DNA from: Lama glama
Taxonomy: Eukaryota
Direction of reading: 5' to 3'
Assembly (NCBI GenBank): GCA_028534125.1
Contig: CM052817.1
Location: forward strand, 101,744,001 to 101,808,000
Length of the DNA: 64,000 bases
Under the pieces are notes generated by a model. It saw only the letters and a program-made list of their open reading frames with translations. It was not told the DNA's origin and made no database searches. Shown here in pieces: positions 34,581-47,649 of this stretch (its first letter is position 1; each line of letters begins with the position of its first letter). Position numbers and translations under genes: made by a program.

Positions 34581-35043
34581 CATGATCCCTCAGTTTCTCG
34601 AAAGCCTGTCCTTCCTGACTTTCAGGGCACCCTTCTCCTTTGAGTCCTACTCTTTGATTATCCCTTCCTGTTTCCCTTTGCTGTCACCTCTTCTGCGGGC
34701 CTCTTAAATGGTGGCGTTTCCCCGGTCCTGTGTGGGGCTTTCTCCTAGTTTCAGTGTATCACACACGTTTCCTGCACCATCTCATCCACTCCCAGGACTC
34801 CAGTCCTCGCCTTGCAGATGTACCCTACACCTGTATTTCCAGCCAGATCTTTCTCTTGAACCCCAGACCCACGCATGCGCTACACTTCTTGAAAGTCTCC
34901 TCTGCGGAGGTGTGTGGGCAGCGCCGCGGAGAAGGACATCCAATTCTGGGGACTGTTTCTCATACGGAGGGAAAAGTGTTTCCATTTTTCTTTTACACAT
35001 ATTTGAGCCGTGGTGAGGCTTTTCTACCGTATTTCCTCTAATG

Positions 35044-35250
35044 CAGGGTTTCTCATTCTCAGCCTTACTGACATTTTTGGGCAAGGTAATTTTCCTCTGG
35101 GGGAGGGGGCGGTGACATGGCTGTGTTTTGTAGGATTCAGCATCTCTGTCCTCTAGATGCCAGTAGTACCCTCCCCTTCCTTCCAGATTGCGACAACCAG
35201 AAATGTCTCCAGACGTGTCCAAATGCCTCTGGTGGCCCAGGGAGTGGGTG
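35044..35250. mobile_element. MER20-like hAT DNA transposon relic
   Basis: CAGGGTTTCTCA...ACTGACATTTTTGGGC...TAGATGCCAGTAG...GACAACCAGAAATGTCTCCAGAC. Confidence 0.8.
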
Positions 35251-35303
35251 TTGGGGGAGTGGATGGGTAGGGGACACTCATTCCCTCCACCCCCAACTCC
35301 ATG

Positions 35304-35719
35304 TGTAATAGAAAAGAAGAAATCTGACTCCATATTAGATCTATTCCTTTGGCTTTAACCCTGCGCCCTGTTTTCTAGGCTTGGTCTTGCTAGCTCTGCA
35401 CTCACGTAAAGATAACAAGTTGCAGAATAGAGAATAACATTTGTTTTGTTGGAGGTTTTGCAGGAGCACCGTGAGGTGGCCCATGTGGACAGCTGCAAGA
35501 ACAAAGAATTCCTACACCAAAAAGTTTGCAACAATTGACCACCGCCCCCTTTTTTGGAGCCTGCATTCTGACTAGGGGAGGATAGTGCTCCAAGACAGTC
35601 TGCCATCCTTTCGGTCTGCCAGCTTTCCAAATAAAGTTGCTGTTCCTTGCCCCAACACCTCGTCTCCCAATTTATTGGCGAGCCTTACAGCAAGCAGAAC
35701 GAGTTCAGACTCGCTAACA
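35304..35719 (+). mobile_element. Solo ERV1-class LTR (MER34/MER39-like)
   Basis: TGTAATA...TAACA termini, internal AATAAA ~35630, 4-bp flanks CATG/CATC. Confidence 0.8.
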
Positions 35720-36189
35720 CATCTACGTGCTGATGGATACTCTTCCTACTGCTCTGCTTTTGTTCACATTTCTGCTTCTTTCTGAATTGCCCTTTCTTGG
35801 GGTGAACACCTGAGAAGCTTCTACTTATCCTTTAAGGCTTGGCTCTCCTCGTTTACAAAGTCTTTTCTCACGTCCCTTTCCCTGCCCTTCTCCGTGGAGT
35901 CACCTCTTCCTGCTGCCTCACTGGCCTCCCGGGGTCATGGTGGGTGCTTGTCCGCTTACCCATGTTGACTCCCTTCTCTGCACGGTGAGCTGCCTGGGGC
36001 TGGGCCTCATGCTGTAATGTTTGAGTCCCCAGGACTTCCACAGTGGGTGGCGATTCATGTGCCAAGGAATATTGTTAAATAAATGAACCATAATGGCCCC
36101 TTCTGGTCACAATCCTCTATGATAAATTCTCATAACACTGTGTGTAGCTCCTTCCAAGTGATTATTACAGTTACGATTTTTCTTTCTTT

Positions 36190-36355
36190 CTTTTTTTTAA
36201 GAGTAATTATTAAATTAATGTCTTTCCCCATCACTAGGCAGACCATCAAAAGCTCCATGAAGGCAGAGGCTAGAGCTGTTTTTGGTCATCACTGAATCAT
36301 GCAGTGCTTGGCACTTACTAGGTGCTCCGAACATATCTGCAGAGTGAATAAATGG
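36190..36355 (+). mobile_element. L2 3' end
   Basis: AAGCTCCATGAAGGCAG...CAGTGCTTGGCACTTACTAGGTGCTC...GAGTGAATAAATG. Confidence 0.7.
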
Positions 36356-36409
36356 TCTCAGAAAAGAGTGGCCTTGGGAGGTTCAGTCTGGGCTTATTAA
36401 GAACAACAA

Positions 36410-36560
36410 CAGTGACTACTAATGTTAGTTTAAAAAGTGTCTTCATAGATATTCTCACTTAATAATCACAAAAACCCTGGTGAAAAGATATTGCTTCTAT
36501 TTTATAGATGAGAAAACTGAGGCAGCTTAGACAGATTAAACATCTTAAGATGTCACACCT
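36410..36560 (-). mobile_element. MIR
   Basis: TATTTTATAGATGAGAAAACTGAGGCA core. Confidence 0.7.
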
Positions 36561-39500
36561 CATGATCACTGTATTACAAAATCTGGGCCTCGTTATTTCT
36601 TGTCCGTATAGCCAGATTTGGGGAAATGAGCAAATGTTTTAATGGCGTATTAAGTGAACGAGTAACTCTGTGATCATTCTGATTTTCTTATGTACTGGTT
36701 CAGAGAACAAGCATGTTTATATCTATATGAGAAAAGGTCCCTGGAATTTATGGTAACTGCTTCTGGCCCTTACCAGCCCTGTAGTCACACAAACATTGTC
36801 TTTAATTTGTATTCCAGGGGCAGCCAGAAAGGGTTAACATGGGGAGTTTTGTAGATCCAGAGGACGCAGATACCAAATGGGAGAATTTTGATGTTTTGAA
36901 GAATAAAACACTTTCTCTGTATTAACTTACTATGTAAATGACTATCTGAATGAGATAGAGGAGGCTTTGGCCAGTGGTTCTTAAGCTTTGTGGTTCATAG
37001 AGTCATTTGATGGAGAAAAGATTAATACAGACCCCTTAATTCCATCTTTTCTTACTGCTAAAAACACGGGGATTACAGCTTTTGTTTCTGTTAATCTGGA
37101 AGTAATGGAAATAATGGATTTACATGTCTGAGAACCTACTGTGGGTAAATTATTAATATAGCCCTGAAATCAAGTAGACACATGCGTGCATTATGAACTT
37201 GAATGCTATAGGAGACCAGCTGAAACTCTTTTGCAGAACATTGGAATTCCCAGGCCACATCTAAATGTCACTGACTGATCACCCTAGATTTTTAACTCAA
37301 GAATGATGAGTTGAATCCTGGAAATATATATACATGGAAAAGGTAAAAAGGCATGTCCGATTTGTACTAATACACTTTAGAAGATGCATTTGACATGAGA
37401 ATAGATTCTTCATGGGGTGGATAACCATTACTAGCTAGTAATACTCTTCATCACCACGCCGGTTCAATGAAGGCCTTGAACAAATATTTATTGAAGAAAA
37501 CAGTAATCTATTCTATCATATGAGTGTCTGCCTAGAGAAGAATTTCCCAGGCCAAGAAACTAACCCCTATTCCAAGTAATATTTGCTGGGGTGTATGGAA
37601 AGTTGTCTGTGATGACATCAAAGCAGAGTCTATACCATATTGTTTTACATCAGAGGAAGGATGGTGTCAGAGGGCATGTGGAATTCCAATGGAACAATCT
37701 TTATTTTTGGCCCACCTTTGAGACAAATGGAAAGACTAAAGATAATGTGAGTGAAGGGAGGAGAATAATATGGAAGCATGAGTTATCAATCTTTGGGTTA
37801 CTGATCCTTGGTTGATTTCTTGGTGAGATCTTTATCAAGAGATGACCTTGTCACTGAAAATTACAGTATTGGGAAAATACACAGCCGCTGATGAGAGCAT
37901 GTGAAGGTTTACTTTGTGTGAATGTGTGTGTGTATTGGATGGAGATATTGTCAACTGTCATTCTATCTAGTGAGGCAACTATCTCTTGTTCAAGAATATA
38001 ATGGAAACCCCAGGGAACTTCTCCTTACACAGAAGAGCCTCTTATTTTGTCCTTTCTGAACTTACATTCACACTTTTGACCACCCACAGGCAAATCCAAG
38101 ACAATTAAAGATAACTTTCATAGACTGGAAAACCAGAATGGGTTTGTGTACATTTCAGTTTAAGAGATCCTTTTTAGGGGAATTAACGTCGTAATGTTGG
38201 AAGGCGTTATTTCATTCACAAAGCATTTGTAAGATCTATTATGTGTGAGATTAATCACGTGTAAATATTTGGTAGAAGTAAAGCAAATTTATTCCCTGCA
38301 AAATGGACCCAGGGATGGGAACCAACCCAGCAAGAAGCGGCTGTGTTTCACTTTTCTGAGCATCACCAACAGAGCTGCTCATTTTCTGAGTTTGGAAGAG
38401 AGCCAGTGGAGTTTAGTTTTATGAGGTTTAATGTAAAGGTGTTGTATTTCATGAGATGAAATCATAACGCAGTGGGTTGCAAGAATTTTGAGAGATTATT
38501 TTTTTCAGAGTGTTGGCAAGCACCGTCCTCTAGAGAATTTTTTGTCTAAAAGAGAAATATAGATCTTCTTTCATAGGATTGAAATGATAACTAATCTTTA
38601 ATCCTTTTTGGATGGCCAGGGTTCAACTGGTTAGGCTGATTTTGGAATGCATGTAGTAGTTCTGACTACTCCAGCTGGCCTTTTTCAAATCTGTGACTTC
38701 TTATGTATCCTAAACCTTCAGGGTATCTGGGCAATGTAATTTTGGGGGTCCCCACTCCTAACCCATGATAAAGGATTTTTGTATTTATTTATAGATTGCA
38801 CTTCACATTTAGGCTTCACACACGGTTTGATTCTCCAGAAATTCTGACAATCCAAATGAGCATTTGGCTAAGACAAGAGGATGCTATCAGGCCTCCTCTC
38901 AGGTTTCTTTTCTCTCCCACACTTATTGTGTTTTCAGCTGAGAAAATTTCTCTGTCTCTGTTTTGCGAGACACCTGAGCCATTCCCTTGACTTAGGTTTG
39001 ACTTTTGACTTTGTTTTGGGACACATATAACTGTCCTTAGGCTAAACATCCCTCTACTTTTGTGACCATTTCATCTCCAATTTCCTTGCAAGGCAACCTC
39101 TTGGACCAGGTTTCTCATCAATGGCAGGAGAGAAACAAGACACTGAGGGGGGAAATCTAGTGCCTCTTCTGATTTCCTGATTTTTATGTATATGGAAGAG
39201 AGTTTTTCTGCTCTGTAGCTGAGAGTCTTCTTGAAATGTGGCTCAGGCAAGAATGTTTTGGAAGTGCAATTAATTCAGCATGAGAGTCTAGCAAAACGAA
39301 TGTATGCCTCCTTGCATGCAGCTCCTTTCCCAGGGAGACTTTCCCCCTCCCTTGTTTCAGAAATAATCGATGCAATCCTAAAACTTTCAAAACGTTCTGC
39401 AGCGCCCCACAGATCATCCATAATGATAAAAAGCTGTGCACATCAGCACAGATGTGTTTGTATCAAATCGTGTGCTTGATGTACCTCATGCGGAGCCTCT

Positions 39501-40067
39501 CTGTGAATTCTCCTGGTAATGCTGATGAAATTAGTGTTGGGGAGGAAGGGAGGGGGGCAGTTTTGAGTTATTACCATCAAGGAACAAATGTTACATTCCT
39601 TATCTGTCTCAAATGCTTGCCTGCAAATGCATGTCAGAGCCAGCTGTCATCTGGAGAGAGTCCAGCTCCAGGATGCTGTGAGGAGTCAAGCTGAGGGAGG
39701 TTATGGTGGGGGCATCACCAACTGGAGGAGCGAGCTCATTTGCAGCTGTAGGTTGTCACCTATCACCTTGTTTCCCAGACTCGCCTGCTCACCTGGGGAG
39801 TGTGTTAATTGGGGGAGATTCCTGCAGACTCATCAAATCAGGGTCTCCAGGGGAGGGGCGTGGGAAATGGACCGGCTGATCGCTGTGATCAGGCAAGTCT
39901 GGGATTTACCTTGTATCATTAGGCCGGTTGTTTTAAAGGGAGTGGGTTTTGAGGCCGGGTGTGTTGGCGGGGTGGAGTGGGTGTGGGTGACAAGTGACGG
40001 TCGGAGGGACCATTCTGCCTCTGTTGTGGAGAAGATGCCTGAAGAACTTGGCCTTCATGTTTCTCAA

Positions 40068-40567
40068 NNNNNNNNNNNNNNNNNNNNNNNNNNNNNNNNN
40101 NNNNNNNNNNNNNNNNNNNNNNNNNNNNNNNNNNNNNNNNNNNNNNNNNNNNNNNNNNNNNNNNNNNNNNNNNNNNNNNNNNNNNNNNNNNNNNNNNNNN
40201 NNNNNNNNNNNNNNNNNNNNNNNNNNNNNNNNNNNNNNNNNNNNNNNNNNNNNNNNNNNNNNNNNNNNNNNNNNNNNNNNNNNNNNNNNNNNNNNNNNNN
40301 NNNNNNNNNNNNNNNNNNNNNNNNNNNNNNNNNNNNNNNNNNNNNNNNNNNNNNNNNNNNNNNNNNNNNNNNNNNNNNNNNNNNNNNNNNNNNNNNNNNN
40401 NNNNNNNNNNNNNNNNNNNNNNNNNNNNNNNNNNNNNNNNNNNNNNNNNNNNNNNNNNNNNNNNNNNNNNNNNNNNNNNNNNNNNNNNNNNNNNNNNNNN
40501 NNNNNNNNNNNNNNNNNNNNNNNNNNNNNNNNNNNNNNNNNNNNNNNNNNNNNNNNNNNNNNNNNNN
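40068..40567. other. Assembly gap (exactly 500 N)
   Basis: Direct reading. Confidence 1.
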
Positions 40568-41200
40568 GCTTTGAACTGCCTGAGTGTTCAGTTCTGTGGG
40601 CGGCCACCTTGATGATCCTGTTGTCTTGAATTGAGCTTCTTTCGCTGTGTGCAGTTTTGAACTTCCACGATGCTGTGTCTCGGTAGACCCACTGACGTTT
40701 TCTGGGTGGACGCTCTACGCCCTTACGATCAGAACGCTCACTTTCTTCAGGTCTGGGGTATCTGATGATTGTGTCTCTAATAATTTCTTACTCTACATTT
40801 TCTCCGTTTAGGAAATCCCATTGGATCATTTCTCCTAGTGCCTTATTTCTATTCTCCCTTCTGCTGTTTTGGGAGGCAATTTTATTTTCCTTGACGGTAA
40901 ACATTAGCTGACCTATTGCTCTGCGAGCGGGGCAACCAGGATTGCTTTTCCATTGACAGATATCCATCCAATTCCTTGTTTTCAGCTCCGTTTCTCAGAC
41001 CTGCCCTCCATTCTCCTTGAGATCTTTGGTTTTTTGATGAGAAGATGCTTTCCTGCCCCCCACCTGCAGGCTCTTCCTGCACATACTTCGGGTCGTGGCT
41101 CTCTCTCCTCTTTCTTCCATCGAATTTCCCCCCTTAAACTTCTCTCTTTCAAAATGTGTTTATGGGTTTATTTCTACATGGATTCCGTTACTTTCACTAG
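40568..41200 (-). mobile_element. Degraded old L1 internal fragment
   Basis: T-rich antisense L1-like composition (e.g. TCTTCAGGTCTGGGG...TAATTTCTT). Confidence 0.4.
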
Positions 41201-41208
41201 GGCCTCGG

Positions 41209-41570
41209 TGTATTAGGTGGAGCAGGTGAGACTGTGCTGTATAATAATAATAGTAACAAACCCTGACGTCTCTGTTGCTTAATACAGTAAAGGTGGATTT
41301 CTGCCTCACCCAGAGTCCAGTCTGATGTTCCTGTTTGGGCATCTCTTCTGGCCAGCTGTCCTCCCAGCTGGGAGTCCTTCACTTTCACCCATGCAAGCAG
41401 GGGAGAGACAGATAGAGCTAAAGACAGAGAGGTTTTACAGACAGGCCCGGAAGTAGGTATGTCATCTCTGCCAGTGTTAACTGGCTGGACTCATCAAGAG
41501 AAATCATGTTTAGCTGTGCACCCAGGAAGGTGAGCAGAACTGGGTGTGGGTGGCCGGAAACAGTTCCTAT
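41209..41570 (-). mobile_element. Old MaLR LTR (MLT1-like)
   Basis: TGTATTAG start, GTAACAAACCC...GCTTAATACA, AGGCCCGGAAGT motifs. Confidence 0.6.
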
Positions 41571-41722
41571 AACATTCTGTCTGCAGGGAAGGCAGGCGTG
41601 TATGTGTGTGTGTGTGAGTGTGTATGTTCAATGTATCATGTTGAACGAGAATTACTCCTTACCCTTTAATTGATCCTTTCCCCCAACAAGAATCAGAAGG
41701 CTACCATCAAGAAGTAGCTCAG

Positions 41723-42110
41723 GAAGTAAGCCAGAAAAAGAAAAATACCATATGATATCGCTTATATGTGGAATCTTAAAAAAAAAAAGACACAAATGAA
41801 CTTATTTATAAAGCAGAAACGACTCACAGACATAGAAAACAAACTTATGGTTATCAGGGGATAAAAGGGGTGGGAAGGGATAAATTGGGAGTTCAAGATT
41901 TGCAGATACTACAATATATGAAATAGGTAAACAACAAGGTCCTACTATATAGCATAGGATATTCAATATCTTATAGTAACCTATAATGAAAAAGAATATG
42001 AAAACGAATATATATGTATATGTGTGATTGAAACATGGTGCTGTGCACCAGAAACTGACACAACATTGTAAATTGACTATACTTCAATAAAAAAAGAATG
42101 AAAAAAAATG
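41723..42110 (+). mobile_element. Lineage-specific L1 3' UTR (~390 bp)
   Basis: AAATACCATATGATATCGCTTATATGTGGAATCT...AAACTTATGGTTA...GACTATACTTCAATAAAAAAA. Confidence 0.92.
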
Positions 42111-42229
42111 CACTCTCTATCAAAATTCAAAGAAAAAAGGAATAGCCAAGGATGAACTTGGTGAGCAGACTTTTCCAGACTTTTTTGGATTTCTAGATTA
42201 GGCTGAAAATAAGTATAGTTTATAAATGA

Positions 42230-42870
42230 TTTCTTTTATAGTATACTTTTAAAGAAGACTATAAATGTGATACATTTTTACCAAGGAGAATGTCAAACAA
42301 AAGGAAATAATCACCATCAGTTTCATGTCTCAGAGAAAACAGTACTAACATTTTAGTATATTTCCTTCCACCTTTTCTATGCATTATATATACATATAAA
42401 CCTTTCATTCTGTCTCACTGTTCTATTCGGTGTCTATATCATATTTTACTAAAGCATTCCCTTTTTATTATCTCTTCAGATTATTCCAACATTTCACTCT
42501 GATAAGCATTGCTGCTATAAACTTTAAAAACATGTATTTCTTTTTCTGCATTTAGAATTTTCCCTTAGAAATGAAGTTACTGATTAAACAGTAGAAACTT
42601 TTTAAGGCTGCTAGATATGTTTTACCAAATTGCTTTCTGAAAGGAGCTGTTAATTTACTCTTCTACAACATTGAGTGTTATGGTTTTGTTCCCCTAATTT
42701 TGTACATGAAAAATGTTAATTTCATTGAAGCATTAACTGTGTAGTGAGCGATTTCTCTTTTTACAACCACTTACGTTTCCTCTTTTTATACTGTTTATTC
42801 ATGTAATGTTTTCATTTTCCTATTGGAAGTCACTGATTTTTTTTTAAATGAGCTCTTTCTATATCAAACC
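42230..42870 (-). mobile_element. Highly degraded L1ME-like fragments
   Basis: AT-rich, with CCAAATTGCTTTC and TTCATTTTCCTATTGG motifs. Confidence 0.45.
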
Positions 42871-44909
42871 TAGGATTTTTTGGCTAACTAATTTTATCAT
42901 AGGCTAGAGGCTTGTTTAAAAGCACACCGACTTGGTTTCAATTAACCAAGACTTGCTGGACACTTTATCTTGTCTCCTTTCCTTTTTTACTGTAATGGAG
43001 GAAGAAGCTATGAACTCACTTTAGGGAACTAAGATTTTCTCTTTCAGGAGATTACAGACATGAGATATCTTAGAAAGTTTGTTTAACAATTTTGCTTATA
43101 GCTGGAGGAGTGATTGGAGAACACAGTTTAATGGGAGAAGATAAGACAGAGTCTTAGGGGCTGAGAGACTATGGCGTGTGGGGAGCTCAATCAGAGTAGC
43201 TGGCAGAGAATAAAAGGCGAATCCTGCGAGATGTTTAGAAGTGAAACAGCTGAGGGGCAGCTGGGCCAGATCACAAGATGGGGCAGATGGTTAGGAAGGA
43301 ACGGAATGAGAGTTTATTGCGGAGAGAGGCTGGCAGAGATCTACCACAATCAGAGCTTCAGCTTAAGCCAAATGAGGGACTTAATGATTGTTCACATCAT
43401 TAAGGAAAAGTGCAACCTTGTTAGTCTTTTACACTTCAGTCTCAACGAGCTAATGACTTGTCCTGATTCTTTCCCAGGAATGTGCTTTGATAGGCAGGAG
43501 GGAACCAACTTCCAGCCCCTGGGGTTTGGTGACCAGGAGATGACACTGAGAATTAAAAAGGCAGAAAAAGGGGGAGATGGGAGTCTCAAAGACACATTTT
43601 CCCTATTCGGTTAGGGGGTGATGACTCAGGGCAATGGACTGGAGGCACCAGGAAAGGGGAGGATGGAAGGGACAGGCCTGTTACCTGAGGCAGTGCTGGT
43701 GAACGTGTCAAGCCTCCAAGAGACCCAGTGGTTTCTGGGGCAGGTGGGATGCCCGTGTGTGTATGAAGACAGTGATGGGTGGAACTGGGTGCTGGAACCG
43801 GCTGCCGGAGTTGCTTCTTCGGCCAACAGTACCCCAACAACATCTGTGGATATGCTGCATTTTAGGGGCAAAAACTTCAGGGATGTGTCAACAGTGGGAT
43901 TGTTAGGGATGCCTCTGCTCCTAATTCCTTATGTGTCAAAACTTGCCGACTCCGCCAAAAGATCCCAAGCAAAAGATACAGTTGATTTAATGTGTCTAGG
44001 TTCAAAGTAGGAGTTTATATAATATATTGGTCAAGGATGCAGAGAGAGCCAAAAATATGACAGCAGGGATTAAATGTCAAGCCAGATGTATCTTGTGTGA
44101 TCACTTCTGGATGATGCAAAATAGTGTGCAATCTTTAGTTTGGACGCATTTTAACTTATTTGGGATTTTTTCACTTGAGTGGTTCTCTCTGGTGTTGAGG
44201 ATTCCATTATAAGTTGATAATTCAATTTAATAACTAGACCCTGTGCAGGGTGAACTTTTTTTTTTTTACTTTAATATGTGAGAGCAAAGAGTCATTTTTT
44301 TCAACTAATTTCCCAATTTCTAATTTTTATAAACCTCTTAGAGCAGTCAGAACTCCTACTGCCCAGAAAGGCTTAGTGAACAAAAGTGAGTCAACAGATT
44401 TCAAGTAAGTGCGGTAATCAATATTAAATGCTGCCATATTGGATTTTTCCTTATTCTTTGGGAACTCCAGTCAGTCATTATAATTTTTTTTTAATTCACT
44501 AAATTGTGAGTCTACTTTGGAAAGCATCTCATCATGAAGCAGATCTAATACTGGCTAATTTCTATTAAAAACTGTTAGGAGCCATTGCTTTTCAACAGCT
44601 GTTACCCATATCAAGAATTTGTATTCAGTAACCTAAACACATACATAAGTCAATGATGTCCTATTGTTCTTATTTAAGCTGCTGCCCCCCACCCCCTAAG
44701 CTGAGAACAAAGTACTAAGTATCTCCTACTTTCTAAAGAGGGGATCAGAGACACCCCTGCTGGTCTGAGTAAGAGGCTAGCAGAGTGAGTCATGACACCC
44801 TGCCACGCCGGCTCAGCTCTTCCAGGGGCAAAGTTAGACCTTTGAATGGTGGGTTGAAGAGCATCTGTCAAGAGTAAGATAAGAAGGGTGTCAGCCTAGG
44901 AGGGAGTGG

Positions 44910-44910
<1 letters not shown>

Positions 44911-44958
<48 letters not shown>

Positions 44959-44967
44959 TGTGTGTGT
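44911..44967. repeat. (TG)22 microsatellite with interrupted extension
   Basis: Direct reading; perfect from 44911 to 44954. Confidence 0.97.
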
Positions 44968-47649
44968 ATTTCAGGGGAGGAAGTGGGCAGCTCTTCTAGA
45001 GAACTGCTCTAGAAACACACTCTTAAAGAAGGAGAATCTTAAGCCCCTTAAGAAGGTTTAAACCTCATTCCCAACTCATGTTCAGACCTAGCCCGACATG
45101 ACTGACTATACACTCTGACTGACTACCCCGTAACAGTCCCCCGACTCCTACTCCTGGGAGCTCTGGTTCAGGGAAGGTTGGAAGCAGAGTCCCTGGAAGA
45201 AAATCACCAGGAGCAAATAAGGAGTTTGAAAGGGTGGGTCAGACCAAGCCGAGACCTGATGTCAGGAGGGCACAGGGCTCGGAGGGCCACCTTAGCCCTC
45301 CCTCCCACACCCGCGTGTTCTGTGAGAGAGGGCTGCAGGTGAGGAAGGGGTGACATAATCATGTCACAAGAGCGCCCACAGCTGTGGCTGTCCTTCACTT
45401 TTCTGTACAAGGAGGATGTTAAAAGAGGTGTTCCTGTATCAGCGGGAGAGGGGCAGTGGTGGCATCGCTTAGGATTGCTGGAGGCTGGCTGACCAGAGAG
45501 GGCTGAAGCCCCGGGGGCGTGGTGGTCAAGAGCCGGCCAGCACAGGAGGTGGTGGGTCAGCAGTCAGACAGCGACGGCATCGGAGCCCAGGAAGCCCAGA
45601 CCTGTGTGATGGAAGGAGCAGTCGGAGCACGGGAGCCAGGCTGTCAAAGGCAACGGCTCAGCTCTGAACACACAAAAGATCGCTGCTCTGTCTGCCCTTC
45701 CTGGGCCGCTCAGAAACCTCGGGGCAAGGAGCTTGGGGAGAATCACTGTCTAGTGGAGGCAGGGCACTCACAGAGCCAACACATACCGGGTTCACATGTT
45801 CTTCTAGGGCCTGACAACTGGATGCGGTCCCCGGAACCCTGGGTTACACAACAAATTCAAGTGTGACCCACTCCCAAGGAGTTTGTTTCTTCAGACTGCC
45901 ACGCGGATGCTCATTCGATAGCACTTTACAATATGGATAAGGATGGACACATTTGGTGACTTTCGGCGTTTAGTAGGCTTTAAAAAACGTTTGCCCCGAC
46001 TATTATCTAAGACAAAAATCTCCAAAATTCGCCAAGTCCCCATGGAGCAAGTCTCTGGTTGAGTAGAAAAGGAAGAGAGGGCTGCCCCAAGTACTTGGAG
46101 GTGTCGCTTCCTCTCAGGAGGAAAGCACCCCACAGGACTAACGCATCACAGAAGCCTTGAAATGGCACAGAAGCCCGTTTTACTGGACCGCTGTGGTGCC
46201 ATGCCTAGCCGAGACCTCTCCCTTTCCATCAGATAGATTTCCTGGCCGGGTCCAGGGTCAATGCACAGTCTGCGATATATGCACTCGGCTATCATAACCC
46301 AAACAGAAACATGAAATGATTTCTTTGTCCAGGGGAATTTCAGCGGCAGAAATTCCGTGACCCTGTAACCTCCCAGTCCCTTTTCTCTCTGTATCCTCTT
46401 TCCTCTTGCCTTGTTTTGTTGAGAGATTTTCTTTTGTCTTCTGATTCTGCTTCATTTGGCCAGCTCTCTGCGGGTCTCTGGCACCTGGCAAGGTCTGAAT
46501 GTGGCCTTTGTGTTTGCTGGACTGCGCTGTGCCCAGCCGGGCAGAGATGATCTCTAAGCTCTTCCACCGCTTCACAACCTCAAATTGCTCAGCCCTTTGT
46601 CCGTTAATCCTCATAAGCCCTTTGTGCTGGAGGCCAAGCCCCATCATCATCATCACCCTTCATTTTCCGGTCCAGGAGGCGCATGATGTGGGACTTGTTC
46701 AAGAACGCAGGTTGGGTGGAGAACCTGCCCGTTTGGGCCACAGGAGACTCGCAGGTGAAGTTAAGAGCAGTGGAGCTGCACTGGGGAGACTGGGTGCGCT
46801 GGGGCAGGCTGAGGCCTGCAGGCTTTTAAAGACACCTTGATGCCCCAAGTGCAAGGAAGGGAAAGACTGACTGGTATAAGACCTCAAGTGGGAATCGTGC
46901 GGCGAGTGGAGCCTGTACATTCGGGGTACTTCTGGGTGATAGCGCTTACAGGGCGACGGCTTTGAGGCTGGTACTGGCTGGGTTCCTTGGTTATTTTAGG
47001 CCGGGTGTCTAGCCCAGAACCAGCCGGGCCGGAGTCCCACGGAGCGGCGCGCGCAGCTGGAGCTCCTGCCCCACCTGCGCCTGGCACCCGCTTCCTCCCG
47101 CCCCTGGGCCGCCTTCTCTCCCACCTTTCCAGGGGGCCCTTGCTTACTGCTTCGCTGGGGAAACTGCCATAGGCAGGCTTTCAAGCTCCTTCATTCTCCT
47201 TTCTACTTCTGCAGAGCTAGTCCTTCCATGAATCCCTCTTCCTTTCCTTTTGTTTCCAAGAAAAAGATGAGCTAGCCTTCCTTCCTGGGCGATCTGGACA
47301 CCCTTCCCCTTGACTGCTTTTCGACCTACCCTCGGGACGACCTCCCTCATCTCCCCAGCGCCCCATTCCCTCTGGCATCTAAGTCTCCCTGTTGACCGCC
47401 CCACACCTGTGCACGTTCACGGAGCTCCTTTACCCATTTCACTTGATCTGAGTGCCCCTGCCCACAGTCCGAGCAGTTCCCTCTGTCCCCCACCTGCAAA
47501 CTCAGTGAATCAGTGGACTCTACTTCTCGTCTCCACGTTTCCTGCCTCCCACCTTCAACTCCCAGCCACTTTGCTGTTACCCTACCTGCGACAGACGCTG
47601 TAGCCATCCTGGTATTTTTTGAGTCACCAATAATCTGTGATGGCTTATA

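Noticed and set aside
39588..40629. Long ORFs of 211-328 aa
   Set aside because: They span the N gap and are artefacts.
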